Assembly (NCBI GenBank): GCA_049320885.1 | Contig: JBMORA010000001.1 | Coordinates: forward strand, 44,509 to 108,508 | Direction: 5' to 3' | Length of the DNA: 64,000 bases | Source: Thermodesulfobacteriota bacterium | GTDB lineage: Bacteria > Desulfobacterota > Desulfobacteria > Desulfobacterales > SURF-7 | In this document: one piece after another, positions 10,247 through 19,142 of the stretch | How positions within the stretch are numbered: position 1 is the stretch's first letter | Layout: each line of letters starts with the position of its first letter | Made by a program: the position numbers and the translations under genes | Notes under the pieces: model-generated | The model's database searches: none | What the model saw: the letters and a program-made list of their open reading frames with translations, nothing else | What the model was told of the DNA's origin: nothing

Positions 10247-11781
10247 AACCAGCCATATTATTGACCGGTGCCACCGGACTCGTGGGCGCCAGCCTGTTGC
10301 GTGCCCTGATAGAAGAAGATTATCCGGTCATCTGCCTGGCCCGCCCCAGGAACGGCCATTCCCCGGCAATGCGGATACAACATACCCTGGCGGCGCTGTC
10401 CCCTGATCTGACGTCTCCCCGGAAGATCAAAACCCACGTCGAGACCTATTGCGGGGACATCACCCAGCCGCAACTGGGCCTGTCCCTGACGGACTACCGC
10501 CATCTTGCCCGGACCGTCACCCATGTCTTTCACAGCGCCGCCGCCATCCGTTTTGCGGCGGCCGACACTCACAAGGTTCGCCTGACCAACATCGGCGGCA
10601 CGGACAATCTCCTGGCCTTCTTGCAGGACGCCCCTGCCGTTGAAGGCCTGCATTATATCGGCACAGCCTATATCGCTGGCGACCGGGAAGATCGGGTTTA
10701 CGAAGACGATACGGATAAAGGCCAGACATTCAACAACGCCTACGAGGAAAGCAAATTCGTCGCTGAACTCCGCATCCGGGAATTTCAGCGCCGGGCGCTT
10801 TCGAAAGTGACCATCTACCGGCCGGGCATCATTGTGGGGGATTACCTTACCGGCACCACCATCCGGTTCAATACCATGTATCAGTTTCTCAAGGTCCTGC
10901 ACGTCCTGAAATCCTCCTACCGCCCCGACAGCAGCGGGAGAACCCACATGCCCATCCGGGTTCTCGCCGATCCCCGGACCACCAAAAACTTTGTCCCCAT
11001 TGATTATGTGGTGAAACTGGTCATGAAAATCTTTTCCGAACCGCGGCTCCATGGCAAAACCTATCATCTGGTCAACCACCAGCCGCCCACCATGGCCCTG
11101 ATCCGGGAAGTCATGCTGGACGTGCTGCAGATCAGCGGCCCCACCTTCGTCCCCCCCAAATCCTTCCAGGAAAATCCGCCGGATGAAATCGAACGGGTTT
11201 TCATCGATGAAACCAAGATCTACACGCCCTACCTGTTGAAGGAACCCGCATTCGACAACACCCATGTCCGCGACATCGCCCCGGGATCCGAATATCTGTG
11301 CCCGCCCATGGACCGGGAGGCCCTGCTCCGGCTTTTCGAATTTGCCGTCCACTCCGGCTGGGGTCGCAACATTTGGAAGCGGGTGCTCAAACCCGCCGAG
11401 AATGCGCAGGGAAGGACCCAACTGATTCGCAGCTATTTCAACGACTTTTTGCCATCTGTCATGGGCCGGTCGATTTTTGCCGACCTCGACAACCTGAATG
11501 CCTGCATCGGTTTCCTGTTCACCGACAGCCGGGAAAAGTGGACGATTGAAATCAAAAACGGCAAGTTGCAACAAATACGACCACTCCTGCCGGATCGCAG
11601 CCAGGTGAACTATGAACTGGGGGATGACACCTTCGCCCACATCATATCCGGAACGCTGACCCCCCAGGAGGCTTTTTTCACCAATAAATCGAAAATCAAG
11701 GGAGATGCACTGAAAGGTTTGAAGCTTGCAGCCATTTTCGACCGGTTCATCAAGCAATACCCGTATCAAGGCCATGATTGA
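10243..11781 (+). CDS. Extended SDR (fatty acyl/thioester reductase-like) fused to a C-terminal SCP2 lipid-binding domain
   Basis: TGATGLVG, YEESK (YxxxK), IYRPGIIVGD; C-terminal SCP2-like GTLTPQEAFFTNKSKIKGD; ATGA coupling. Confidence 0.85.
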   Translation: MKPAILLTGATGLVGASLLRALIEEDYPVICLARPRNGHSPAMRIQHTLAALSPDLTSPRKIKTHVETYCGDITQPQLGLSLTDYRHLARTVTHVFHSAAAIRFAAADTHKVRLTNIGGTDNLLAFLQDAPAVEGLHYIGTAYIAGDREDRVYEDDTDKGQTFNNAYEESKFVAELRIREFQRRALSKVTIYRPGIIVGDYLTGTTIRFNTMYQFLKVLHVLKSSYRPDSSGRTHMPIRVLADPRTTKNFVPIDYVVKLVMKIFSEPRLHGKTYHLVNHQPPTMALIREVMLDVLQISGPTFVPPKSFQENPPDEIERVFIDETKIYTPYLLKEPAFDNTHVRDIAPGSEYLCPPMDREALLRLFEFAVHSGWGRNIWKRVLKPAENAQGRTQLIRSYFNDFLPSVMGRSIFADLDNLNACIGFLFTDSREKWTIEIKNGKLQQIRPLLPDRSQVNYELGDDTFAHIISGTLTPQEAFFTNKSKIKGDALKGLKLAAIFDRFIKQYPYQGHD

Positions 11782-12463
11782 AGAATCTGTTTTTTTCCGC
11801 TCGGATCGCTTGAACCTTCACGGCGTTCTGTCATACGCAGAAGATCTCTTCCTCGCGCCGGCGGTCCTGTTGTGCCCGCCCCACCCTCAGCTGGGCGGCA
11901 ACATGGACAACAACGTCATCCGCGCGATCCACAATCTCCTGGCGGCGAACGATTTTGTCAGCTTTCGATTTGACTACCGCGGTGTCGGCAGGAGCGAAGG
12001 TGATGCTGAAATGGAAGTGGACAGCCTCAAGGCCTTTTGGGAAGATTCCCACAGTCCCTTGGACCTGCCCCGCCAGCAGGATGCCATGGCCGCCTTCGAT
12101 TATTTGCGGCGGATGCCGGGAATCAACCAGCGGGAACTATCCCTCGTGGGGTATTCCTTCGGAGCCCATGCGGCCCTGCAGATCGCCGCCGACGCGCCGT
12201 GGCTCGCGGCCATGGTCCTGGTCGCCCCAACACTTCATTTCCACGATTTCGACCGGCTTGATTCCCTGACCATTCCCAAACTGATCGTCTGGAGCGACAA
12301 TGACTTCTCGTGCCCCCAGGATCATTACACCAAACGTTTCCGGGACTTCGCCGCCCCCAAGGAACACTTGGTTTTCCCGGGGGCGGACCATTTTTTCATC
12401 GGCCATGAAGCGGCCCTGAGCCACCGCGTTCTCCAATTTTTGAAAGGCAGGTTGAATGCATAA
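11774..12463 (+). CDS. Alpha/beta hydrolase
   Basis: PPHPQLGGNMDNNV, FDYRGVGRSEG, GYSFG, GADHFF. Start reassigned to ATG 11774, overlapping the upstream stop. Confidence 0.85.
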   Translation: MIEESVFFRSDRLNLHGVLSYAEDLFLAPAVLLCPPHPQLGGNMDNNVIRAIHNLLAANDFVSFRFDYRGVGRSEGDAEMEVDSLKAFWEDSHSPLDLPRQQDAMAAFDYLRRMPGINQRELSLVGYSFGAHAALQIAADAPWLAAMVLVAPTLHFHDFDRLDSLTIPKLIVWSDNDFSCPQDHYTKRFRDFAAPKEHLVFPGADHFFIGHEAALSHRVLQFLKGRLNA

Positions 12464-13538
12464 CGTCCCCTGGTTTCATCAATCCGCCGATATCTGGTTG
12501 CGTCACGTGCTGTCGATCCATTTTGATCCGCAAACCGGAACCCCTTACTGGCTGGAACAGGCCCGAAAAATGGGAGTCGATGTATTGCAGCAGATCCGGT
12601 CCACCGACGACCTCGGCATCCTGGGCCCCATGAACCCAAAGGCCCTCGCCACCCGGCCGGTGGAGGATTTCATTCCCCGCCGCTATCACCTGGAGAAGGA
12701 GTCCTTCACGCTGGGAGATACCGCCGGCACCACCGGCACCCCCAAGGTGACGGCCTATCGCAATGACGAGTTCCATGCCGCCTTTGTGGAATACTTCGGT
12801 TTCGTCGCCGAGAAGCTGGGCTTTCCCAAGAGCTTGAACTGGTTGTGGATCGGTCCAGGAGGGCCCCATATCATTGGCAAAGCCGCACGGATGGTGGCCA
12901 GGAGGATGGGCAGCCTGGATCCGTTCGCCATCGATTTCGACGCCCGCTGGATCAAGAAACTGGTTCCCGGTTCCATGGGCTGGGAGCGCTATTTCCAGCA
13001 CATTGAAGACCAGGCCCTGCACATTCTCAGGACCCAAGACATCGGCGTCCTGTTTTCAACCCCGCCGGTTCTGAAAAGGCTGGCGGATAAAATGAACCCC
13101 GCGCTACGGCGCCGAATCAAGGGGGTCCACTACGGCGGCATGGCGCTTTCCCCGGAGCTGTATCTGCGCCTGCGGAACGACTGTTTTCCCGAAGCCGTTC
13201 ACATTTCCGGATACGGCAACACCCTTTTCGGGGTTTGTCTGGAGGTCGAGTCCAACCCGGACGGGCGCCTTCATTACTTTCCCCCCGGTGTGCGCCTGCT
13301 CATCGACATCATCGGCCCGGACAACCGGAAAGTGGATTATGGCCAACGAGGCCGGGTGGTTTTCAGTCGTCTGGATGAAAGTTTTTTAATTCTCAACATG
13401 CTGGAACGCGACCAGGCCACCCGTATTCCGGCCGGGGCGGCCGCCCGCGCCTTCGGCCTGACCCTGGACGGCTTGGCTGATCCCGGTCCGGACCCAACGC
13501 CGGACACAGCGAAAAAGATGGCCCTGGGGCTGTATTAA
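12456..13538 (+). CDS. EhpF-like / PaaK-LuxE superfamily adenylate-forming enzyme
   Basis: HFDPQTGTPYWL, TAGTTGTPK phosphate loop, GPGGPHIIG, GYGNTLFG, C-terminal GLY; resembles the EhpF-type acid-activating family (recalled, not searched). Confidence 0.7.
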   Translation: MHNVPWFHQSADIWLRHVLSIHFDPQTGTPYWLEQARKMGVDVLQQIRSTDDLGILGPMNPKALATRPVEDFIPRRYHLEKESFTLGDTAGTTGTPKVTAYRNDEFHAAFVEYFGFVAEKLGFPKSLNWLWIGPGGPHIIGKAARMVARRMGSLDPFAIDFDARWIKKLVPGSMGWERYFQHIEDQALHILRTQDIGVLFSTPPVLKRLADKMNPALRRRIKGVHYGGMALSPELYLRLRNDCFPEAVHISGYGNTLFGVCLEVESNPDGRLHYFPPGVRLLIDIIGPDNRKVDYGQRGRVVFSRLDESFLILNMLERDQATRIPAGAAARAFGLTLDGLADPGPDPTPDTAKKMALGLY

Positions 13539-13557
13539 CCGTAGGGAGGAATGCCTC

Positions 13558-15561
13558 ATGAAAGCGTCCATTTCTTCACCGAAATCCATGGAACTCCTGG
13601 CGCCGGTCGGCCGGTTTAAGGGGCTTGAACCGATCCTGGAAAGCGGTGCCGACGCGGTTTACCTGGCGGGCAAGGATTACAACATGCGCCGCCACCGTTC
13701 GGATTTCAATTTCGATAGAGACCAGATCGCCCAGACGGCCGTGAAAGTTCATGACGCCGGCGCCAAACTGTATGTGGCGGTGAACAGCCTCTTGAGCGAC
13801 CAAGAACTGGAAGGTGTCGGCGACTACCTCCGGTTTCTGCAGTCCGTGGGCGCCGACGCCATCATCGTGCAGGACCTGGGCCTCATCCGGCTGGTGAAGG
13901 AAAGGGAAATCCATCTACCCCTTCACGCCAGCACCATGATGAATATCCACAGCGCCGAGGGCGCCATCGCCGCCGCCGGACTTGGTATTGGCCGCATCAT
14001 CTGCTCCCGGGACATTACCCTGGCTCAAGTCGAGGAGATGGGCCGGAAGAGCGGTCTGGAGATGGAATATTTCGTCCATGGCGATATGTGCTTTGTCCAA
14101 AGCGGCCAGTGCTATGCCAGCGGCCTGATTTTCGGAAACAGCAGCAATCGGGGCAAATGCATGAAACCCTGCCGATGGCCCTATGAATTGATCGATCTGG
14201 CCGATGGTTCACGTCTGCCGGCCAGAATGGAAGGCAACTATCTTCTGGCCGTCAAGGACATGTGCCTGCTGCAGCGCATCCCCGAATTGGTGCAGGCCGG
14301 AATCGTTTCTCTCAAAATCGAGGGGCGCATGCGGCCACCGGAATTCATGTCCCAAATCGTCAACATCTACAGAAGGGCCATCGACAGGTACCACACCGAC
14401 CCCTTGGGCTATTCGGACAATTTTGACTTGTTCGAGGAACTCTATCGGGAACGGGTAAGGGAGTTTTCAACCAGCGTCGCCTTCCGTAGACCCGGTGCCG
14501 AATTCATCGGTTCCACCGGAGAACGGGAACCCCTCTTCCTGAGCACCGGGGCTGTATTACCCGAGATCGACCTGCTGGACGATCCGGAAGGATTCCCCAC
14601 GGCCCCAAGGGCACTCCAGAGCCCCCGGCCGGAACTGGCCGTGCATGTGGCCACGCCGCAAGCGGCCGCCCGGGCGCTGGCCGGCGGCGCTGACTGGATC
14701 TATGTCGGTGGCGAAGTCCCCAGCCGGCATGATCATGGGTGGAACCAAGCCGCATTGGAATGCATTATCCGGGATACCCGGGCAAGCGGCAAAAAGGTCG
14801 GCCTGCTGACCCCCCGGGTCACCGTCGCCCATCAACTGCAGGGACTCGCCCGGTTGCTGGACGGCCGTCTGGCGGAACCACCGGACGCCGTGCTGGTCCA
14901 CAATCTGGGCAGTCTGCAACTGCTCAAGGCAACCACCGACATCCCCATCCACGCTGATTTTTCCTTGAATGTCATCAATGTCAAGGCTCTGGAGCTGCTG
15001 CACAGCCTCGGGGCTGCCCGGGCGACCGTTTCCCTCGAAGCCGCCTTTGATACCGTGGCCGCCCTCGCCGCCGCCCCCCCCATGCCCCTTGAATGCCTGG
15101 TCCATGGCCCCTTGCCCGGCATGTACGCGGAACATTGCCTGATCAGCCTGGCCCTGCGCGGAACCTCGGCCGACGAGCCTTGCCGCGGCACCTGCCGCCA
15201 TCTTCGCTGTGGCCTGAAAAACCGGTACGCCGATATCTTCCCCGTGGAAACGGACCAGTATTGCCGCAGCCATATTCTCCTGTCGAAAGATCTGGCCTGC
15301 CTGCGGGTTATCGGCGCATTCTTTCACCCGGGTATAAAAAGCCTCCGCATCGAAGGGCAGTACTATGACCCGTCGCTGGTGGGGTATCTGACGGAGCTGT
15401 ATGCCAGGACCATCCAGACCCCCGACGAACCCATCGGGGAAAAGGCCCTGCAACGCCTTGTGTCGCAAAGTCCCAGGGGATTCAGCCTCGGTGCCTATCC
15501 CAAAGGGATCTTTGCCGAAAGAGCGGAAGACTACAAAACCGTCAAAAAGGATATGAAATGA
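13558..15561 (+). CDS. Peptidase U32-family protein with two tandem U32 domains (probable Fe-S, O2-independent hydroxylase)
   Basis: ELLAPVG, GADAVY, HGDMC-x6-C...NRGKCMKPCR, KDMC, LKIEGRM; second degenerate domain with GADWIY, HGPLPGMYAEHC, CRGTC, KDLAC, LRIEG. Confidence 0.88.
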   Translation: MKASISSPKSMELLAPVGRFKGLEPILESGADAVYLAGKDYNMRRHRSDFNFDRDQIAQTAVKVHDAGAKLYVAVNSLLSDQELEGVGDYLRFLQSVGADAIIVQDLGLIRLVKEREIHLPLHASTMMNIHSAEGAIAAAGLGIGRIICSRDITLAQVEEMGRKSGLEMEYFVHGDMCFVQSGQCYASGLIFGNSSNRGKCMKPCRWPYELIDLADGSRLPARMEGNYLLAVKDMCLLQRIPELVQAGIVSLKIEGRMRPPEFMSQIVNIYRRAIDRYHTDPLGYSDNFDLFEELYRERVREFSTSVAFRRPGAEFIGSTGEREPLFLSTGAVLPEIDLLDDPEGFPTAPRALQSPRPELAVHVATPQAAARALAGGADWIYVGGEVPSRHDHGWNQAALECIIRDTRASGKKVGLLTPRVTVAHQLQGLARLLDGRLAEPPDAVLVHNLGSLQLLKATTDIPIHADFSLNVINVKALELLHSLGAARATVSLEAAFDTVAALAAAPPMPLECLVHGPLPGMYAEHCLISLALRGTSADEPCRGTCRHLRCGLKNRYADIFPVETDQYCRSHILLSKDLACLRVIGAFFHPGIKSLRIEGQYYDPSLVGYLTELYARTIQTPDEPIGEKALQRLVSQSPRGFSLGAYPKGIFAERAEDYKTVKKDMK

Positions 15562-16844
15562 AACCCATTGGTCCGGAGGCCATACGCCAGAAAAAAAAAA
15601 GCTATCTGCTCCCCTGTCTGTTTCATTTTTATCAGCATCCACCCCAGATCGTGAAGGGCGAAAGGCAGTATCTGATCGATCATGAAGGGAGACCATATCT
15701 CGATTTTTATGCCGGCGTCGCGGTGGTCAACGCCGGCCATTGCCACCCGGAGATCACGGAAAAAACCTGCGCCCAGATCAGGACCCTCCAGCACACCACC
15801 ACCATTTATCTCACCCAGCCGATAGTGGATATGGCGGAAAAAGTGGCAGCGATCGCCCCGGCGGGACTGGATAAATGTTTTTTCTGCAACAGCGGTTCAG
15901 AGGCCAATGACGGTGCCCTGATACTGGCCCGTCTGGCGACAGGGCGTCACGGCACCATCAGCCTGACCCATGGTCTCCACGGAAGAACCTATCTGACCCT
16001 GAGCGTCACGGGGATCCCCATGTGGCGGACCGACAATGCCCCTTACAAGGAGGCCATGCTCATCCCCGGCCCCAACTGCTATCGCTGTCATTTTCAAATG
16101 CGCTATCCGACCTGTGACGTTCATTGTGCCCGCAACCTTGAAAAAGCGATCACGCCGGATACGGCGGCCTTCATCGCGGAACCTGTCGCCGGCAACGGCG
16201 GCATCATCGTTCCGCCGCCCGAATATTTCCCCATCATTCGGGAGATCACCCGTAAAGCAGGCATCCTCTTTATTTGTGATGAAGTTCAAACCGGCATCAA
16301 TCGCACCGGGAAGATGTTCGCCATCGAACACTGGGGAGTGACCCCGGATATCCTGACCATGGCCAAAGCCCTTGGCAACGGGGTCCCCGTAGGCGCTTAC
16401 GTCACAACGGCAGCCATCGCGGCCGCCCATGTCAAACCCGGCGCGTCGACCCTGGGAGGAAATCCGGTGACAGCGGCGACTGTGATGGCCACCCTGGAGG
16501 TCCATGAAAAAGAAAGACTCCAAACGCGGGCCCACTCCCTCGGCCTCTATTTCAAGGAGCAATTGAAGGCCTTGCAGGAGAAGTATCCGATCATCGGGGA
16601 TGTCCGCGGCATCGGTCTGATGCTCGGCGCCGAACTGGTGAAAACAGACGGAAGCGCCGACGCGGAAACCTGCGATCGGATCCTGGAATCGATGAAGGAT
16701 GACGGCGTCCTGATCGGCAAGACCGGTATCGGCAGAAACGTGCTGACGTTCCAGCCGCCGTTGATCGTGACAAAAGACAATATCGACGAGGTGCTGGGCA
16801 AACTGGACAGCGCGCTCATGCGCAACCACCCGCATGCTTCCTGA
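15558..16844 (+). CDS. Class III PLP-dependent aminotransferase
   Basis: [46 protein letters not shown]; ATGA coupling. Confidence 0.93.
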   Translation: MKPIGPEAIRQKKKSYLLPCLFHFYQHPPQIVKGERQYLIDHEGRPYLDFYAGVAVVNAGHCHPEITEKTCAQIRTLQHTTTIYLTQPIVDMAEKVAAIAPAGLDKCFFCNSGSEANDGALILARLATGRHGTISLTHGLHGRTYLTLSVTGIPMWRTDNAPYKEAMLIPGPNCYRCHFQMRYPTCDVHCARNLEKAITPDTAAFIAEPVAGNGGIIVPPPEYFPIIREITRKAGILFICDEVQTGINRTGKMFAIEHWGVTPDILTMAKALGNGVPVGAYVTTAAIAAAHVKPGASTLGGNPVTAATVMATLEVHEKERLQTRAHSLGLYFKEQLKALQEKYPIIGDVRGIGLMLGAELVKTDGSADAETCDRILESMKDDGVLIGKTGIGRNVLTFQPPLIVTKDNIDEVLGKLDSALMRNHPHAS

Positions 16845-16928
16845 CAAGCAGAAGATTCGTCGCCCGCCCGTTTTGGGTTTTCCTGGCGGGCGGCCTGCTT
16901 TCGGCGGCCTGCGATGATCTGACAGCAG

Positions 16929-19142
16929 ATGAGGTTTATCGTGGCGGAAATCTTTCTCCTTTGGATCCTGCGGAATTCTGGCAAAGTCTGGATTGTCCTG
17001 ATGGCGCTTGCCGTGGTGTTCGGCTACAACGCATCCAAAGTGCGCATGGACAACTCCATGGAAGTATGGATCCCCCTTAAAAGCCCGATCAAAACCCAAT
17101 ATGAACGTTTCCTCCAGGAGTTCGGTTCCGAGGAATACATGCTGGTCGCCTTTCAACTCCCTGGGGGACTGAGCCGGGACCATCTTGTGATGACCGGCCG
17201 ATTGAGCCGCGCGCTGAAAAAGGAATCCGGAATCCGCAGCGTCTGGTCCCTGACGGAAATTTTCGATCGACCAAGCGAATACATCGATCTTTTCAAGATA
17301 ATGATCCTGTCGTCGGGTTTTGCAAAGCATCTGCTCATCGCGCCGGATGGCAAGGCCGCCGGCATCATTGTCCTGCTTTCCGAAGGAGGCCTTCGCGACA
17401 GAGGCGGTGTGCTGAAGCGAATCAAGGAAACCGTGGCGGCAACACTGCCCCATGGCCCCGAGGCCTTTATCGCCGGCCCATCCGTCATCAACGCCGAACT
17501 GGACCATATCTCCCAGCGGAATGCGATGATCTATTACCCGATCCTGTTTGCCGCCTGTCTGTTTATGCTGCTGATGATTTTCAAGTCCTTGACCGGCGTC
17601 GTTGTGCCTGCGCTGATGGCGGGCTTCGCTCTCATGCTGACGGTGGGCTGGATGGGAATTCTGGAAGCCGAACTGAATGTCATCACCATCGCTGTGCTGC
17701 CACTGGTCATGGTCACATCGCTGGCCTATTCCATTTATTTTTACAACGATTATGAAGGGCATGGGGAGCACCGTCCTCCTGCCGCCGTTGGAAGCCATGA
17801 GTCCGCTGTGATGAAGGCCTATAACAATATCCACCTGCCCTTGTTCCTCAGCGCCCTGACAACCGTGATCGGCTTTTTATCCCTCATGGCCAGCGATATC
17901 GGGCCTGTCAGCGACCTGGGGCTTTTCGTCGCCCTGGGGATCGGGTCGACCTTTCTCTTGGCCATTTCATTTCTGCCCCTGCTCCTGATGCGATTTCCCC
18001 GGCCGCATCCAAAACCGCGGCCGTCGGAGCCCCTTCATGGGCCGGCCGGTTTTTTCCCACGCACAGGACGTTTCGTCCTCCAATCCAAAAGATGGGTCAT
18101 CGCTATCTTCAGCCTCGGCATGATCCTGGCCGGCATCGGCATGAGCAACCTCAGCATCGAAACCGACGCCTTGATGTTCTTCCCGGATGACTCGCCCATC
18201 GTGGCCGCCTATCATTTCATCGAGAGCCGTTTCACCGCCTTGGCGCCGGTGGAAGTCGTCATCACGGCCCAGGATGCGCCATGGGAAAACCACCTGCCGG
18301 ATTACGACACCCGAATGAAAATAAAAAGCTTCCAGGAAGACATTCTGCAAAATCCGGAAATCGTCACCTCCAAATCCATCGTGGACATTTGGGAAGATAC
18401 CATCAGTGCCGAACTCATGGAAACCAGCGCCATCCCGAATCAGCGCCTGCTGCAGAGTCTCGAGACGGCAAGCCGCTATTTCATCAACGACCGTGGAACA
18501 ACTACCCGCATTTCCGTCCGCGTCAAGAGCCTGGCTTCCAACCAGTTCCAAACCATCGTCACCTATATCGAAGCAAAAGCCCGGGAGCATTTCAACGGCT
18601 GGCGGGATGTTTATATAACCGGAATCGTTCCTATTATCGTCGACATGCAGAACCAGCTGCTGCAGAGCCTGATGAAAAGTTTCCTGATCGCGTTCGGCAT
18701 CATATTCGGGGTCTTCCTCCTCCTGTTGAAATCGATGAAAAAGGCAGCCATCTGCATGTTCGTGAATCTGCTCCCGATCGTCGTCATTTTCGGATTTATG
18801 GGCTGGATGGACATCAAGCTGAGTGTGGCCACCGTGATGATCGGGAGCATCGCCATCGGGATCTGCGTGGATGACACTGTCCATTTCATCACGCGCCTGA
18901 AACAGGAAAGCTACGGTACCGCCGACCTGCATGGGCCGCTCCTGATAACCCTCGCCGCCACCGGCAAATCGATCGCATCTACATCGCTGGCCAATCTATC
19001 CGGATTCATCGTGCTCTGCTTTTCCGGTTTTGTTCCCATGCAGCAGTTCGGTATGTTGACCGGCATCACCATTGTCATCGCCATGCTGGCGGATCTGCTG
19101 CTCCTGCCAGCCTTGCTGGCGTTTTTCCGGATCAGACTTTAA
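16929..19142 (+). CDS. MMPL/RND family lipid transporter
   Basis: Two halves each with a periplasmic loop plus multiple TM helices; SALTTVIGFLSL and IAIGICVDDTVHF motifs. Confidence 0.9.
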   Translation: MRFIVAEIFLLWILRNSGKVWIVLMALAVVFGYNASKVRMDNSMEVWIPLKSPIKTQYERFLQEFGSEEYMLVAFQLPGGLSRDHLVMTGRLSRALKKESGIRSVWSLTEIFDRPSEYIDLFKIMILSSGFAKHLLIAPDGKAAGIIVLLSEGGLRDRGGVLKRIKETVAATLPHGPEAFIAGPSVINAELDHISQRNAMIYYPILFAACLFMLLMIFKSLTGVVVPALMAGFALMLTVGWMGILEAELNVITIAVLPLVMVTSLAYSIYFYNDYEGHGEHRPPAAVGSHESAVMKAYNNIHLPLFLSALTTVIGFLSLMASDIGPVSDLGLFVALGIGSTFLLAISFLPLLLMRFPRPHPKPRPSEPLHGPAGFFPRTGRFVLQSKRWVIAIFSLGMILAGIGMSNLSIETDALMFFPDDSPIVAAYHFIESRFTALAPVEVVITAQDAPWENHLPDYDTRMKIKSFQEDILQNPEIVTSKSIVDIWEDTISAELMETSAIPNQRLLQSLETASRYFINDRGTTTRISVRVKSLASNQFQTIVTYIEAKAREHFNGWRDVYITGIVPIIVDMQNQLLQSLMKSFLIAFGIIFGVFLLLLKSMKKAAICMFVNLLPIVVIFGFMGWMDIKLSVATVMIGSIAIGICVDDTVHFITRLKQESYGTADLHGPLLITLAATGKSIASTSLANLSGFIVLCFSGFVPMQQFGMLTGITIVIAMLADLLLLPALLAFFRIRL

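Noticed and set aside
12456-13538. Phenazine biosynthesis cluster
   Set aside because: Only an EhpF-like gene is present; no phzA/B, D, E, F or G homologs in the window.
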